The notes beneath the pieces are model-generated. The model saw only the letters and a list, made by a program, of their open reading frames with translations, was not told the origin of the DNA and did no database searches. The position numbers were made by a program, and so were the translations under genes. Below, in pieces: positions 34,733 to 43,767 of a stretch of DNA of 64,000 bases (position 1 is the stretch's first letter; every line of letters begins with the position of its first letter). The stretch spans positions 32,001 through 96,000 of the forward strand of contig JAWLHJ010000003.1 of NCBI GenBank assembly GCA_041690395.1, written 5' to 3'. The stretch is from Longimicrobiales bacterium (GTDB lineage: Bacteria > Gemmatimonadota > Gemmatimonadetes > Longimicrobiales > Gaopeijiaceae).

Positions 34733-35640
34733 CGGTGTCGGGTCGGGCCCGGTTCGAGGGTCCGCTGAAGAGCATCGGTGTGGTGCTCCGCAGCGAGAGC
34801 CCCGAGGTGAGCGCGGTCCTCGACCGCCTGGGCGCGTTCTGCGACCGGCACGACATCCGCGTGGTCTTCGAGCGCCGCTCGGAGGTGGTCCCCGAAGGTG
34901 CCGACGTCCAGGAGATGGGCAACGGCGGCCTCGACCTGGTGGTCGCACTCGGCGGTGACGGAACGCTGCTGCGGGCCGCGCGCTCGGTCATCGGCACGGG
35001 CATCCCCGTGCTGGGCGTGAACCTAGGCCGACTCGGCTTCCTCACCTCGCTCCCGGCGGACGAACTGGAGTGGGGCCTCGAGCACGTGTTGAGCGGCAAC
35101 GCCTACCTCGACGTCCGTTTCACGCTGCGGACGACCATCGAAGGCGGCGACGACGACGCGGGGCCGTACTTCGCCCTGAACGACGTCGTGATCCACACCC
35201 GAGGGGCGGCACGCGTCACGCCCATGAACATCGAGGTGGGTCACTCGGGCGTGTTCGAGCAGGCGGGCAGCTTTTCGGCCGATGGGGTCATCCTGGCGAC
35301 ACCGACGGGCTCGACGGCCTATTCGATGTCGGCCGGTGGCCCCATCGTGGCCCCCGAAGTCGAGTGCATTGTGATCACGCCGATCTGCCCGCACTCGCTC
35401 GCCGTGCGCCCCCTGGTCGTACCGGCCTCGCGTGAGATCCGCATCAGCTTGCTCGGCAAGCAGGTCGGACACCAGCTCACGGTGGACGGGCAGGTGGTCC
35501 GCGCACTGGACACGGACGACGCGGTCTTGGTCGGCCGGGAACGCGAGCCCGTGCCCCTGGTCCGGTTCCCCGGACAGTCCTTCCTGGACACCCTGCGGCG
35601 CAAGCTGAACTGGGCCGCCAAGCCACCCGAGCGTGCCTGA
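34729..35640 (+). CDS. nadK: NAD kinase
   Basis: GGDGTLL, GRLGFL, LND, DGVILATPTGSTAYSMSAGGPI. Confidence 0.96.
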   Translation: MTVSGRARFEGPLKSIGVVLRSESPEVSAVLDRLGAFCDRHDIRVVFERRSEVVPEGADVQEMGNGGLDLVVALGGDGTLLRAARSVIGTGIPVLGVNLGRLGFLTSLPADELEWGLEHVLSGNAYLDVRFTLRTTIEGGDDDAGPYFALNDVVIHTRGAARVTPMNIEVGHSGVFEQAGSFSADGVILATPTGSTAYSMSAGGPIVAPEVECIVITPICPHSLAVRPLVVPASREIRISLLGKQVGHQLTVDGQVVRALDTDDAVLVGREREPVPLVRFPGQSFLDTLRRKLNWAAKPPERA

Positions 35641-35703
35641 GCGACGACTCCGTCCGATCGAGCCATTGTAGGACCCGCCCGGACCGCTCACCTTTGAGCG
35701 ACC

Positions 35704-37365
35704 ATGCTTTCCGAACTCCGCATCCGCGACTACGCGGTCGTCGACGACCTGACGCTGACGCTCGCCCCGGGGCTGAACGTGCTGACCGGTGAGACGGGCG
35801 CGGGTAAGTCGATCATCGTCGGGGCGCTGTCCCTCCTGCTCGGCGAGCGTGCATCGTCCTCGGTGGTGCGGACCGGCGCGGACCGCGCCACCGTGGAGGC
35901 GGTCTTCGACATCGCCGACCTCCCGGCCGTTCGCGACCGGCTCGACGAGCTCGGCTTCCGTGCGGACGACGACATGCTGATCCTGCGACGCGAAGTCGCC
36001 GCGGAGGGTCGGAACCGTGCCTGGGTCAACGGATCCCCCGCGACCGCGGGCGTGGTCGGCGAGCTCGGGACGGCGTTGGTGGACCTGCACGGGCAGCACG
36101 AGCATCAGACGCTTCTGAGGCAACGTGAGCAACGGGACATCCTCGACGCGTTCGCCGGCTCGACGGGCGACGCCGAGGCGGTCGCCGAGGCCTACCGGCA
36201 GCTCCAGGCGCTGGAGGCCGAGCGCGACGCCAAGGAGGAGCGGCGTCGCGACGTGGAGAGCCGGGCCGACTTCCTGAGGTTCCAGCTCTCGGAGATCGAC
36301 GAGGCGGACCTCGCCCCGGGCGAGGACGAGCAGCTCGAGGAGGAAGCCGGCCGGCACGAGCACGCCGAAGAGCTGGTCCAGGGCACGACCGGTGCGAGCG
36401 ACGTGCTGTACGCCGGGGACGAGTCCGTCTCGGACCGGGTCGCCGACGTCCGGCATACGTTACGGGATCTGGCCCGGTTCGATACGAGCCTGGCCGGACA
36501 CGCCGACGCGTTGGACGAGGCCTACCACCTCATTGCCGAGGTCGGCCGCGCCCTCGGCGACTACGCCACGTCGATCGATCACGACCCCGCGCGCCTCGAG
36601 GAGGTACGCCGACGCCTCGACCGGATCTTCAGGCTCAAGCGCAAGTACGGCCCCGAACTCGCGGACGTGCTCGCCACGGCGCAGCGGGTCCGCACGGAGC
36701 TCGCCGAGCTCGACGCCGCGGAGCACGACATGAGCGAGCTGGAGCGCAGGATCGGCGAGGCGGAAAAGGGGCTCGGAGTGGTCGCCGAACGCCTGAGCGA
36801 GAAGCGGCGTGAGGCCGCGCTCCGACTCCGACGCGAGGTCGAGGCGCAGCTTCCCGACCTCGGGCTGAAAGGCGCGTCGTTCGAGGTGCGCCTGACCCCG
36901 TACGACTCCGTGTCGGCCGGAGGCGCCGAGGGCGTCGAGTTCCTGGTCTCGCCGAACCCGGGCTTCGATCCCATGCCGCTAGCTCGCATCGCCAGTGGCG
37001 GTGAGCTGTCACGCGTAATGCTGGCCCTCAAGGCGATCCTCGCGGAGGTGGACCACGTTCCGGTCCTCATCTTCGACGAGATCGACGCCGGGATCGGAGG
37101 CGCGGTCGGGGCGGCCGTCGGAGAGAAGCTTCGGGACGTCGCGGCGCGCCACCAGGTGTTCGTCGTCACCCATCTCGCACAGGTCGCGTCCAGGGCCAAC
37201 CACCACCTGCTGGTCGAGAAGAAGGTCGACGGCGAGGCGCCGACCGCAACCAGGGTGCGCGCCCTTTCGGACGACGCGCGGGTCGAGGAGATCGCGCGCA
37301 TGCTCGGCGGCGATCCGGGGTCCGCCACCTCGCGTGAGCATGCCAGGGAGCTGCTCACGGGGTAG
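35704..37365 (+). CDS. recN: DNA repair protein RecN
   Basis: TGETGAGKS, HGQHEHQ, ASGGELSR, FDEIDAG, VTHLAQVA. Confidence 0.98.
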   Translation: MLSELRIRDYAVVDDLTLTLAPGLNVLTGETGAGKSIIVGALSLLLGERASSSVVRTGADRATVEAVFDIADLPAVRDRLDELGFRADDDMLILRREVAAEGRNRAWVNGSPATAGVVGELGTALVDLHGQHEHQTLLRQREQRDILDAFAGSTGDAEAVAEAYRQLQALEAERDAKEERRRDVESRADFLRFQLSEIDEADLAPGEDEQLEEEAGRHEHAEELVQGTTGASDVLYAGDESVSDRVADVRHTLRDLARFDTSLAGHADALDEAYHLIAEVGRALGDYATSIDHDPARLEEVRRRLDRIFRLKRKYGPELADVLATAQRVRTELAELDAAEHDMSELERRIGEAEKGLGVVAERLSEKRREAALRLRREVEAQLPDLGLKGASFEVRLTPYDSVSAGGAEGVEFLVSPNPGFDPMPLARIASGGELSRVMLALKAILAEVDHVPVLIFDEIDAGIGGAVGAAVGEKLRDVAARHQVFVVTHLAQVASRANHHLLVEKKVDGEAPTATRVRALSDDARVEEIARMLGGDPGSATSREHARELLTG

Positions 37366-37388
37366 AGGCCCGCGGCGGGATGGCGTCT

Positions 37389-39002
37389 TCAGCCGCCCCA
37401 GATCCGGGCGAACAGCGCGCCCGAAAGCTCGATCCGTGTGGCCGCTGGCGACCGCGCGCCCCCGATGGCGCGCAGGAGCCGCAGGCGGAACCGGAGCGGG
37501 CGGGTTTCGAGGCGCGGCGTGGTCGTGTCGTAGGTCAGGGCGCCGCCGACACGGTGCAGGGACGATCCCCGTCCGAGCGGCACCGGTGCAGCCCCATCGG
37601 TCGGCGTAAACGCAGGCGCGTCTTGCTGTAAGAAGCGATAGCTCGCGCTCAGGGTAAGCTCGGGAACGAGCTTGAGCCCGGGCTCGACCTCGAGGCCCAG
37701 GTAGCGCCCGGGGGACCACTCGAACACGGCTCGCCGGTCGACCGGGACCAGTGGTTCGTCCGCCACCCCGACTCGCATCGCGAGCAGCCGCGAGCCCTGC
37801 ATGCCGTACAGGGCGCCCGCGCGAAGCGAGAGGGTCCGGCCGGCGGTGCCGTGCGCGCTCGCGCGGACCTCGACGTCGGTCTGGCCGTCTCCCGTGCCGA
37901 GCGACAGCGGAACGTCCGGATCCGGCGCGCGACCCGTGCCGAGGCGCACCAAGACTCCGGCCAGGACGTCGACGCTCCAGGGTGGGATGTCGGCTCCCCG
38001 GTCGCCGAGCTGGAGCACACGAACGAGCGTGGACAGCTCGACATCGCCCAGGCCCCAGAGGCTCGTGCGGGTCCGCAGGGGCTCATCGTAGCCGAGGGGG
38101 GCGTACCGGGCCGGGAGCGTCTCGAGATCACTCTCGGACGGGCGCTCAGTGGCCAGCACGAGCGGCGCGTCGAGGCCGTCCAGACCAGCGGCCCGCAACT
38201 CCGCGTCGAGGGTCGCGACCTCCGAGGCGAGAACCGTGCCGGCCGGCGAGGCGTCGAGGAGGAAGAAAGGCGCCGCCGCGTACGCGGTCGTCAGGCCGCT
38301 GCTCATGCGAGCAGCGTTCTCCGCCAACGCCTGCGCGGAAGCGCAGCTCGGGTCGCCGGCCGCGCAAAGGTCGTCGGCACTGGCACTTGCGGTTGCCCGG
38401 GCGTCGGCGAGGTCGAGAAGGAAGGCGTCCACCGCACCGGGGTCGCTGATCCCCGGCGACACGCCCAGATCGCCGGCGAGGGTGTCGGGGGTGAACACGA
38501 GGTCGATCGCCGTCCGGTTCTTGATCCGAGGGATCATCGCGCCGATGGTCCACCAGTCGGTGATCCCGAGGTGGATGCCGAAGTCGATCCGCGTCACGTC
38601 GTGCGACACGCGCCCGTCCACGGCGCCTATGGCCGGAGTGTACTCCGGATCGCCGAGAAGCCCGCGCATCTCGGCCACGAAGTCGGAGCTCCCCCCAAAG
38701 AGATCCAGAGCCGACGGCGAGGAGAGGCCCGCCCCCAGCGGTACGCGCCCGTCATCAGCGAAGCGCTCCTCCCAGGCCGTGAACGAGGGCCATCCGGAAA
38801 GCCGCAGCGTTCCCGCCGGCACCAGCCGGTCGTCCAGGAGCTGGGCCCCCAAGCCAACCGGCGACACGCTCGTCGAGGCCCACAGGAGGCCGGCCAGGCC
38901 GATCGAGAACAGGAGAGCAGGGGAGCCCCTGCGCGAGCGACCGCTGCCCGGAAAGCGCGTGAGAGGCCGTGGGGTGGGCGCGTATGGCAGGGTATCAGGC
39001 AT
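37389..39002 (-). CDS. Hypothetical exported protein, probable outer-membrane beta-barrel
   Basis: Signal peptide, amphipathic beta-strands (GLGDVEL, C-terminal IELSGALFARIW) and a helical insertion with a Cys pair. Start uncertain. Confidence 0.6.
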   Translation of the reverse strand: MPDTLPYAPTPRPLTRFPGSGRSRRGSPALLFSIGLAGLLWASTSVSPVGLGAQLLDDRLVPAGTLRLSGWPSFTAWEERFADDGRVPLGAGLSSPSALDLFGGSSDFVAEMRGLLGDPEYTPAIGAVDGRVSHDVTRIDFGIHLGITDWWTIGAMIPRIKNRTAIDLVFTPDTLAGDLGVSPGISDPGAVDAFLLDLADARATASASADDLCAAGDPSCASAQALAENAARMSSGLTTAYAAAPFFLLDASPAGTVLASEVATLDAELRAAGLDGLDAPLVLATERPSESDLETLPARYAPLGYDEPLRTRTSLWGLGDVELSTLVRVLQLGDRGADIPPWSVDVLAGVLVRLGTGRAPDPDVPLSLGTGDGQTDVEVRASAHGTAGRTLSLRAGALYGMQGSRLLAMRVGVADEPLVPVDRRAVFEWSPGRYLGLEVEPGLKLVPELTLSASYRFLQQDAPAFTPTDGAAPVPLGRGSSLHRVGGALTYDTTTPRLETRPLRFRLRLLRAIGGARSPAATRIELSGALFARIWGG

Positions 39003-39125
39003 CGCAGAACATAAGGCGAGCGCCGCGAGCACGTACAGCCCGAACGCGCTGCCACCGGACCCCTTCGCACCCTCCCGAGATCGACCCGTCCGGGCCGGAA
39101 CGCCAACTCACGCCGAGAAGGGTCG

Positions 39126-39154
39126 TTGACCGGGCCGCACCCTTTTTCTAGGTT
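39126..39154 (+). promoter_or_regulatory. sigma70-type promoter of the tRNA pair
   Basis: TTGACC-17 nt-TAGGTT, 18 nt before tRNA-Gly. Confidence 0.65.
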
Positions 39155-39172
39155 GATACCGCTGTAAACATT

Positions 39173-39245
39173 GCGGGAATAGCTCAGTTGGTAGAGCACA
39201 ACCTTGCCAAGGTTGGGGTCGCCGGTTCGAGTCCGGTTTCCCGCT
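39173..39245 (+). tRNA. tRNA-Gly(GCC)
   Basis: Complete cloverleaf: GCGGGAA acceptor, anticodon loop TTGCCAA, TTCGAGT T-loop; CCA not encoded. Confidence 0.98.
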
Positions 39246-39294
39246 CTGTCGGCGAAGGGGGCGGCAGCTCAAGCTGTTCGCTCCCTTCGCGTTT

Positions 39295-39365
39295 GGCGCC
39301 GTGGCCAAGTGGTAAGGCAGAGGACTGCAAATCCTTTATCCCCGGTTCGAATCCGGGCGGCGCCT
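39295..39365 (+). tRNA. tRNA-Cys(GCA)
   Basis: GGCGCCG acceptor, anticodon loop CTGCAAA, TTCGAAT T-loop, U discriminator; CCA not encoded. Confidence 0.98.
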
Positions 39366-39830
39366 CTCAAAAGACTCGAAGAACGGTCAGGCTCCCAAGG
39401 GCCTGGCCGTTCTTTGTATCGAGAGGCTGCGAGCGCCGCCCGGATGGCGCGCTGTAGCGCGCCGCGCCGGCTTCACCGGCGCTCGAACCGCAGGTTCGAC
39501 CCTCGCGGCCAAGCGGGTTCTCGGTAGACCCGAGGGGCCTCCCCGCGTGGGGAGCGAGGATCGCCGCAGGCGACCGCAGCTCAATCCGGGCGGCGCCTCT
39601 CAAAAGACTCGAAGAACGGTCAGGCTCCCAAGGGCCTGGCCGTTCTTTGTATCGAGAGGCTGCGAGCGCCGCCCGGATGGCGCGCTGTAGCGCGCCGCGC
39701 CGGCTTCACCGGCGCTCGAACCGCAGGTTCGACCCTCGCGGCCAAGCGGGTTCTCGGTAGACCCGAGGGGCCTCCCCGCGTGGGGAGCGAGGATCGCCGC
39801 AGGCGACCGGAGTTCAATCCGGGCGGCGCC
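39350..39830 (+). repeat. Tandem 233-bp repeat (2 units) bounded by three copies of the 15-bp tRNA-Cys 3' end
   Basis: AATCCGGGCGGCGCC at 39350, 39583 and 39816. The two intervening 218-bp segments are identical apart from 2 substitutions near their ends. Confidence 0.95.
39379..39414 (+). terminator. Terminator-like hairpin after tRNA-Cys (second copy 39612-39647)
   Basis: AAGAACGGTCAGGCTC-CCAA-GGGCCTGGCCGTTCTT. Confidence 0.75.
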
Positions 39831-39951
39831 GCGCTCCCAGGGGTGTCCGTTCTCTGGGATAGTCCGCAGGGCAGTGGGTGAGTCGCACAGCGACGAAGGG
39901 GAGGCGTACTACGGTTCCTCCGTCTGGCTCGCTTTCTCGCGTCCTCGCAAC

Positions 39952-40091
39952 TCGTTCGACTTTCGAACGATCTCTTCGGTCACGCAGACGAACAGTTAGG
40001 CTTCAGAGGCCCCGTGTGACGAGGAGAATCATGCGAAGAGCACCTCAAGAGGTCGACTACAAGTCGTTCGACTTTCGAACGACTTTCGAAC
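39952..40091. repeat. Duplicated 19-bp palindrome TCGTTCGA-CTT-TCGAACGA
   Basis: Exact copies at 39952-39970 and 40064-40082, plus an extra half-site to 40091. Confidence 0.8.
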
Positions 40092-40168
40092 CTGTGGGAA
40101 AGAGACCGACGCGTAGGATTGGCCCTGTGCCGGACGCGCCAGACGGGCCCGCCCAAAGTCGTTGCTGA
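40031..40168 (+). CDS. Possible 45 aa small protein
   Basis: GAGGAG RBS 4 nt before ATG; no recognisable motif. Confidence 0.25.
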   Translation: MRRAPQEVDYKSFDFRTTFEPVGKRPTRRIGPVPDAPDGPAQSRC

Positions 40169-40350
40169 ATCCGAGTCCTGCGCCTACGTTGGCCAAGTGT
40201 CGCCGAGTCCCGGTCAACGAGGCGCGCGAGCTGTGCAACTCTGGCCTCGGATCTCGTCATACCTGACAGAGCCGAGATTTGCGCCGAAAGCTCCCAGGAC
40301 CGCTCGGATCTTGTCGGCGCCGGAGTCGGAATTCACGGGGAGGTTGCGCC

Positions 40351-40779
40351 GTGCTGAGGAAGCGAGTCGCCGTTGTTCTGGCTGTCGCCGTGGTCGCCGG
40401 GTCCTGCATGGCCAGCTACCCAGCCGCCGACCCCTTCGCCGGTCCTCCGCCGGGGGCCGAGCGACCGGGCACCCCCATGTACCAGGTGTCCTTCGGGGGA
40501 AAGTGTGGCATCTGCAACGTGAGTCTGGATGTTGCGGGCCGGCGCGACGTGTACGTGGACACGACCCTGATCGTTCGTCGACACCGGATACCGGCGATGC
40601 CGGGGGCCGTCGTGGTCATGAATGTCGCACCGGTGGGCGATTGGGGTCCGGTCGAGCGCATCGAGATCCGAGTGAACGGAGAAGTCATCGCCGAGGCCAG
40701 CAACGGAGAGCTCGATGGCCTTCCGGGTACCGAAAACGGCGGGGCTCTGTCTATCCGCGCCGTTCTTCCGCAGAACTAG
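40351..40779 (+). CDS. Hypothetical lipoprotein with CxxC
   Basis: GGGGAGG RBS, GTG start, RKR + hydrophobic segment + AGSC lipobox; CGIC motif. Confidence 0.7.
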   Translation: MLRKRVAVVLAVAVVAGSCMASYPAADPFAGPPPGAERPGTPMYQVSFGGKCGICNVSLDVAGRRDVYVDTTLIVRRHRIPAMPGAVVVMNVAPVGDWGPVERIEIRVNGEVIAEASNGELDGLPGTENGGALSIRAVLPQN

Positions 40780-40791
40780 AGGAGCACCATC

Positions 40792-41025
40792 ATGCAGGTA
40801 GGAGACGTGGTCCGCATGAAATGCGGTGGCGACCCGATGGTGGTCGTCGAGATCACCGGCGAGACGGCCACCTGCCGGTGGCCACATCCGAAGGGGCGTG
40901 AGCCGCTTGCGGACGACTTTCCCGTGGCGGCGCTGGAGCCGGTGCCGCCCAAGACCGATGTGGCTGAGGCCTGGTCGGCGGCCCTGAAGGCGACGGAAGA
41001 CTTCCTCCGCGGCGACCGACGCTAG
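40792..41025 (+). CDS. YodC / DUF2158 family small protein
   Basis: VGDVVRMKCGGDPMVV...ATCRW...FPVAALE; GAGGAG RBS. Confidence 0.8.
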   Translation: MQVGDVVRMKCGGDPMVVVEITGETATCRWPHPKGREPLADDFPVAALEPVPPKTDVAEAWSAALKATEDFLRGDRR

Positions 41026-41048
41026 CCGGTCGCCGCGGCCCGAAGGCC

Positions 41049-42179
41049 CTAGCGGCCGACCCGTTCCAACACCGCCGCCAGCCGCTCCACCGTCCCGTCG
41101 ACGTCCATCAGCTTGTCCAACCCGAACAGGCCGATCCGGAACGTGCTGAAGTCGTCGGGCTCCCCACAACGCAGGGGCACCCCGCCGGCGATCTGCATTC
41201 CCTCCGCCGCGAACGCCCGCCCGGTCCGGATGTCCGGATCGTCGGTGTAGCTCACGACCACGCCCGGCGCCTCGAACCCTGGGGCCGCCACGCTGGGAAA
41301 GCCGTGCTCGGCCAGAAGCGCGCGCACCTTGCGCCCCAGCTCCCACTGCCGGTCCCGCACCACGTCCAGCCCGTGATCGACGGTCTCCCGCATGACGTCT
41401 CGGAACGACCGGAGCGCCTCGGTGGGCATGGTGGCGTGATAGGCGTGTCCACCGTCCTCGTACGCCTTCATGATCTCGTGCCACCGCCGGAGGTCGCAGG
41501 CGAAGCTCGTGCTCGTGGTTTCGGCCATGCGCTCCACCGCCCGCTCACCGAGCATGACGAGCGCGGCGCACGGAGGCCCGCTCCATCCCTTCTGCGGGGC
41601 GCTGATGAGCACGTCGACGCCGAGGTCGGCCATGTCGACCCAGATCGTCCCGGACGCGATGCAGTCCAGGACGAACAGGCCGCCCACCTCTCGCACCGCG
41701 TCGGCCACCCCGCGGATGTAATCGTCGGGGAGGATCATTCCCGAGGATGTCTCCACGTGCGGGGCGAAGACGACGTCCGGCTTCTCCTCCCGGATGCGGG
41801 CGACGACGCGCTCCAGGTCCGCCGGGGCGAACGGCGCCTGCCGCGCATCCCCGACCGGGGCCGCCTTCAGCACCGTCTCACTCGCCGGGATCCCGCCCAT
41901 CTCGAAGATCTGGCTCCAGCGGAAGCTGAACCAGCCATTCCGGATGACGAGACAGCGCCCTCCCGTCGCGAACTGGCGCGCCACCGCCTCCATCCCGTAG
42001 GTCCCGCTGCCGGGCACGACCACCACGGCATCCGCGTGGTAGACGTCCGCAAGCGTCCCCGAGATGTCCCGCATGACGTCCTGGAACGTGGCGGACATGT
42101 GGTTCAACGCACGGTCCGTGTAGACCACGGAATACTCGAGGAGTCCTTCGGGGTCCGTGCGTCGCGAGGGGTCGGTCAT
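41049..42179 (-). CDS. Class V PLP aminotransferase (serine/alanine-glyoxylate type)
   Basis: LLEYSVVYTDR, PGSGTYGMEA, HVETSSG, DCIASG, SAPQKG (PLP Lys). Confidence 0.92.
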   Translation of the reverse strand: MTDPSRRTDPEGLLEYSVVYTDRALNHMSATFQDVMRDISGTLADVYHADAVVVVPGSGTYGMEAVARQFATGGRCLVIRNGWFSFRWSQIFEMGGIPASETVLKAAPVGDARQAPFAPADLERVVARIREEKPDVVFAPHVETSSGMILPDDYIRGVADAVREVGGLFVLDCIASGTIWVDMADLGVDVLISAPQKGWSGPPCAALVMLGERAVERMAETTSTSFACDLRRWHEIMKAYEDGGHAYHATMPTEALRSFRDVMRETVDHGLDVVRDRQWELGRKVRALLAEHGFPSVAAPGFEAPGVVVSYTDDPDIRTGRAFAAEGMQIAGGVPLRCGEPDDFSTFRIGLFGLDKLMDVDGTVERLAAVLERVGR

Positions 42180-42361
42180 GGCGGTTCCAGTGGGTTCGGG
42201 TCGGGGATCTGCGGGCGGATCCGTCATCGGAGTCCGCCGCGCACGATGACCCGGCGAGGGATTCGGCGCAACGGTCTGCGGCGTGGCCCGTGACGGGTCG
42301 CTCGCCTCCCCCTAGCTTCCTCCCTTCGGCGGTTCCTTCGGCTCTTTCCACGAGGCGGCAC

Positions 42362-43507
42362 TTGGCAGCGGAGACTACGGACGTCGTCGTCATCGGATCC
42401 GGCATCATCGGAGCGTCCTGCGCGTGGCATCTGGCGTCGCGGGGGGTGCGCGTCGTCGTCCTCGAGTCCGAGGGGAGTCCCGCCATGGGATCCACGGGGA
42501 AGAGCGCGGCTGGCGTCCGCGTCCAGTTCACGACGGAGCCGAACGTCCGTCTGTCGATGTTCTCGGTCCCCTTCTACCGTGGCTTCGAGGAGCGCTTCGG
42601 GACCGACATCGGCTATCGGCCGATCGGGTACCTCCTCCTGGCGACGGAGGACCGGTGGGCGCGGCACATGGCCTCGGTCGAGTTGCAGCGCTCGCTGGGG
42701 GCCCCCGTCGAGGTGCTCTCGCCCGAGGAAGGCCTTCGGTACGTCCCGTACGAGGTCGAGGGGCTCGCGGGCGCCACCTACGGGCCGTGGGACGGCGTCA
42801 TCGATCCGCACATGGCGACCCAGGCGCTCGTCTCGATGGCGCGCGAGAAGGGGGCGCAGTTCCGGTTCCAGTCGCGCGTGACGGCGATCGAGGCGTCGGG
42901 GCTGGGCGGTTGGCGCGTCGAGACCGCCGGAGGCGCGATCGCGTGCGGACACGTGGTGAACGCCGCTGGCGCCTGGTCGGGTCAGATCGCCGGCCTGGCG
43001 GGGCTCCACGTGCCGGTCGGACCGAAGCGGGTCCAGATGTTCGTGAGCGCGCCCATCGAGGATACCCGGACCTATCCGTTGACCGTGGATCTCGCGTCGG
43101 GCGCGCACTTCCGCTCGGAAGGCGACCGCGTTCTCCTCGGACTGGACAAGCTCGACCAGGAGCCCGGGTTCTCCGAGGGGATGGACTGGGACTGGATGGA
43201 GCAGGTCCTCATGACCGGCGTCGAGCGCTTTCCGTGGTGGGAGGACCTCGGGATCGACCGGAAGAAGAGCTGGTGGGGGTACTACGAGGTGTCTCCGGAT
43301 CACAACCCGATCATCGGCGTTCACCCCGACACCTCGACGTGGATCGACGCGTGCGGCTTCTCCGGGCACGGCATCATGCACGCGCCGGCCGCGGGGCTCG
43401 CGGTGTCCGAGCTCGTCGCGGATGGGCGCGCGCACACGCTCGAGATGGAGCCGTACCGGCACGATCGGTTCGGCGCAGGGGTCGCGCGCGAAGCGAACAT
43501 CTTCTGA
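42362..43507 (+). CDS. FAD-dependent amine oxidoreductase (DAO / sarcosine oxidase beta-like)
   Basis: VVVIGSGIIG, GSTGKSAAG, VVNAAGAWS, SPDHNPIIG, GFSGHGIMHAP. TTG start inferred. Confidence 0.9.
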   Translation: MAAETTDVVVIGSGIIGASCAWHLASRGVRVVVLESEGSPAMGSTGKSAAGVRVQFTTEPNVRLSMFSVPFYRGFEERFGTDIGYRPIGYLLLATEDRWARHMASVELQRSLGAPVEVLSPEEGLRYVPYEVEGLAGATYGPWDGVIDPHMATQALVSMAREKGAQFRFQSRVTAIEASGLGGWRVETAGGAIACGHVVNAAGAWSGQIAGLAGLHVPVGPKRVQMFVSAPIEDTRTYPLTVDLASGAHFRSEGDRVLLGLDKLDQEPGFSEGMDWDWMEQVLMTGVERFPWWEDLGIDRKKSWWGYYEVSPDHNPIIGVHPDTSTWIDACGFSGHGIMHAPAAGLAVSELVADGRAHTLEMEPYRHDRFGAGVAREANIF

Positions 43508-43523
43508 TTCTGAGGAGCCGGAC

Positions 43524-43748
43524 GTGGACGATCAGGGATTCGGCGCGATCGCCGGAGTGCTGTGGATCGTCATTCCCGGCTTCTTCGTGGGCCTGTTCGT
43601 CATGGACAGCGTCCGGAAGATCTTCTCCGAGGACGAGACCCTGCTACGGCGCCTGTTCGAGAATCAACCCGTCACGGCAACGGCGACCGCGACCGCGCTC
43701 GGATCGGTGCTGGTCTGGGCCGTACTGAGAGCGCTCGGCCTGATGTAG
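43524..43748 (+). CDS. Small two-TM membrane protein
   Basis: GAGGAG RBS, GTG start, two hydrophobic helices. Confidence 0.65.
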   Translation: MDDQGFGAIAGVLWIVIPGFFVGLFVMDSVRKIFSEDETLLRRLFENQPVTATATATALGSVLVWAVLRALGLM

Positions 43749-43767
43749 GGACCGTCAGCTCGTAGCG

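Noticed and set aside
39350..39830. CRISPR array
   Set aside because: The repeat is 15 bp of tRNA sequence, the spacers are 218 bp and near-identical, and there are no cas genes.
40077..40091. Alphaproteobacterial LexA box GAAC-N7-GAAC
   Set aside because: It arises from an 11-bp local duplication, the host does not look alphaproteobacterial, and no SOS gene lies downstream.
39173..41025. Intact prophage or integrative element at tRNA-Cys
   Set aside because: No integrase, transposase or phage gene was recognised nearby; only att-like repeats.
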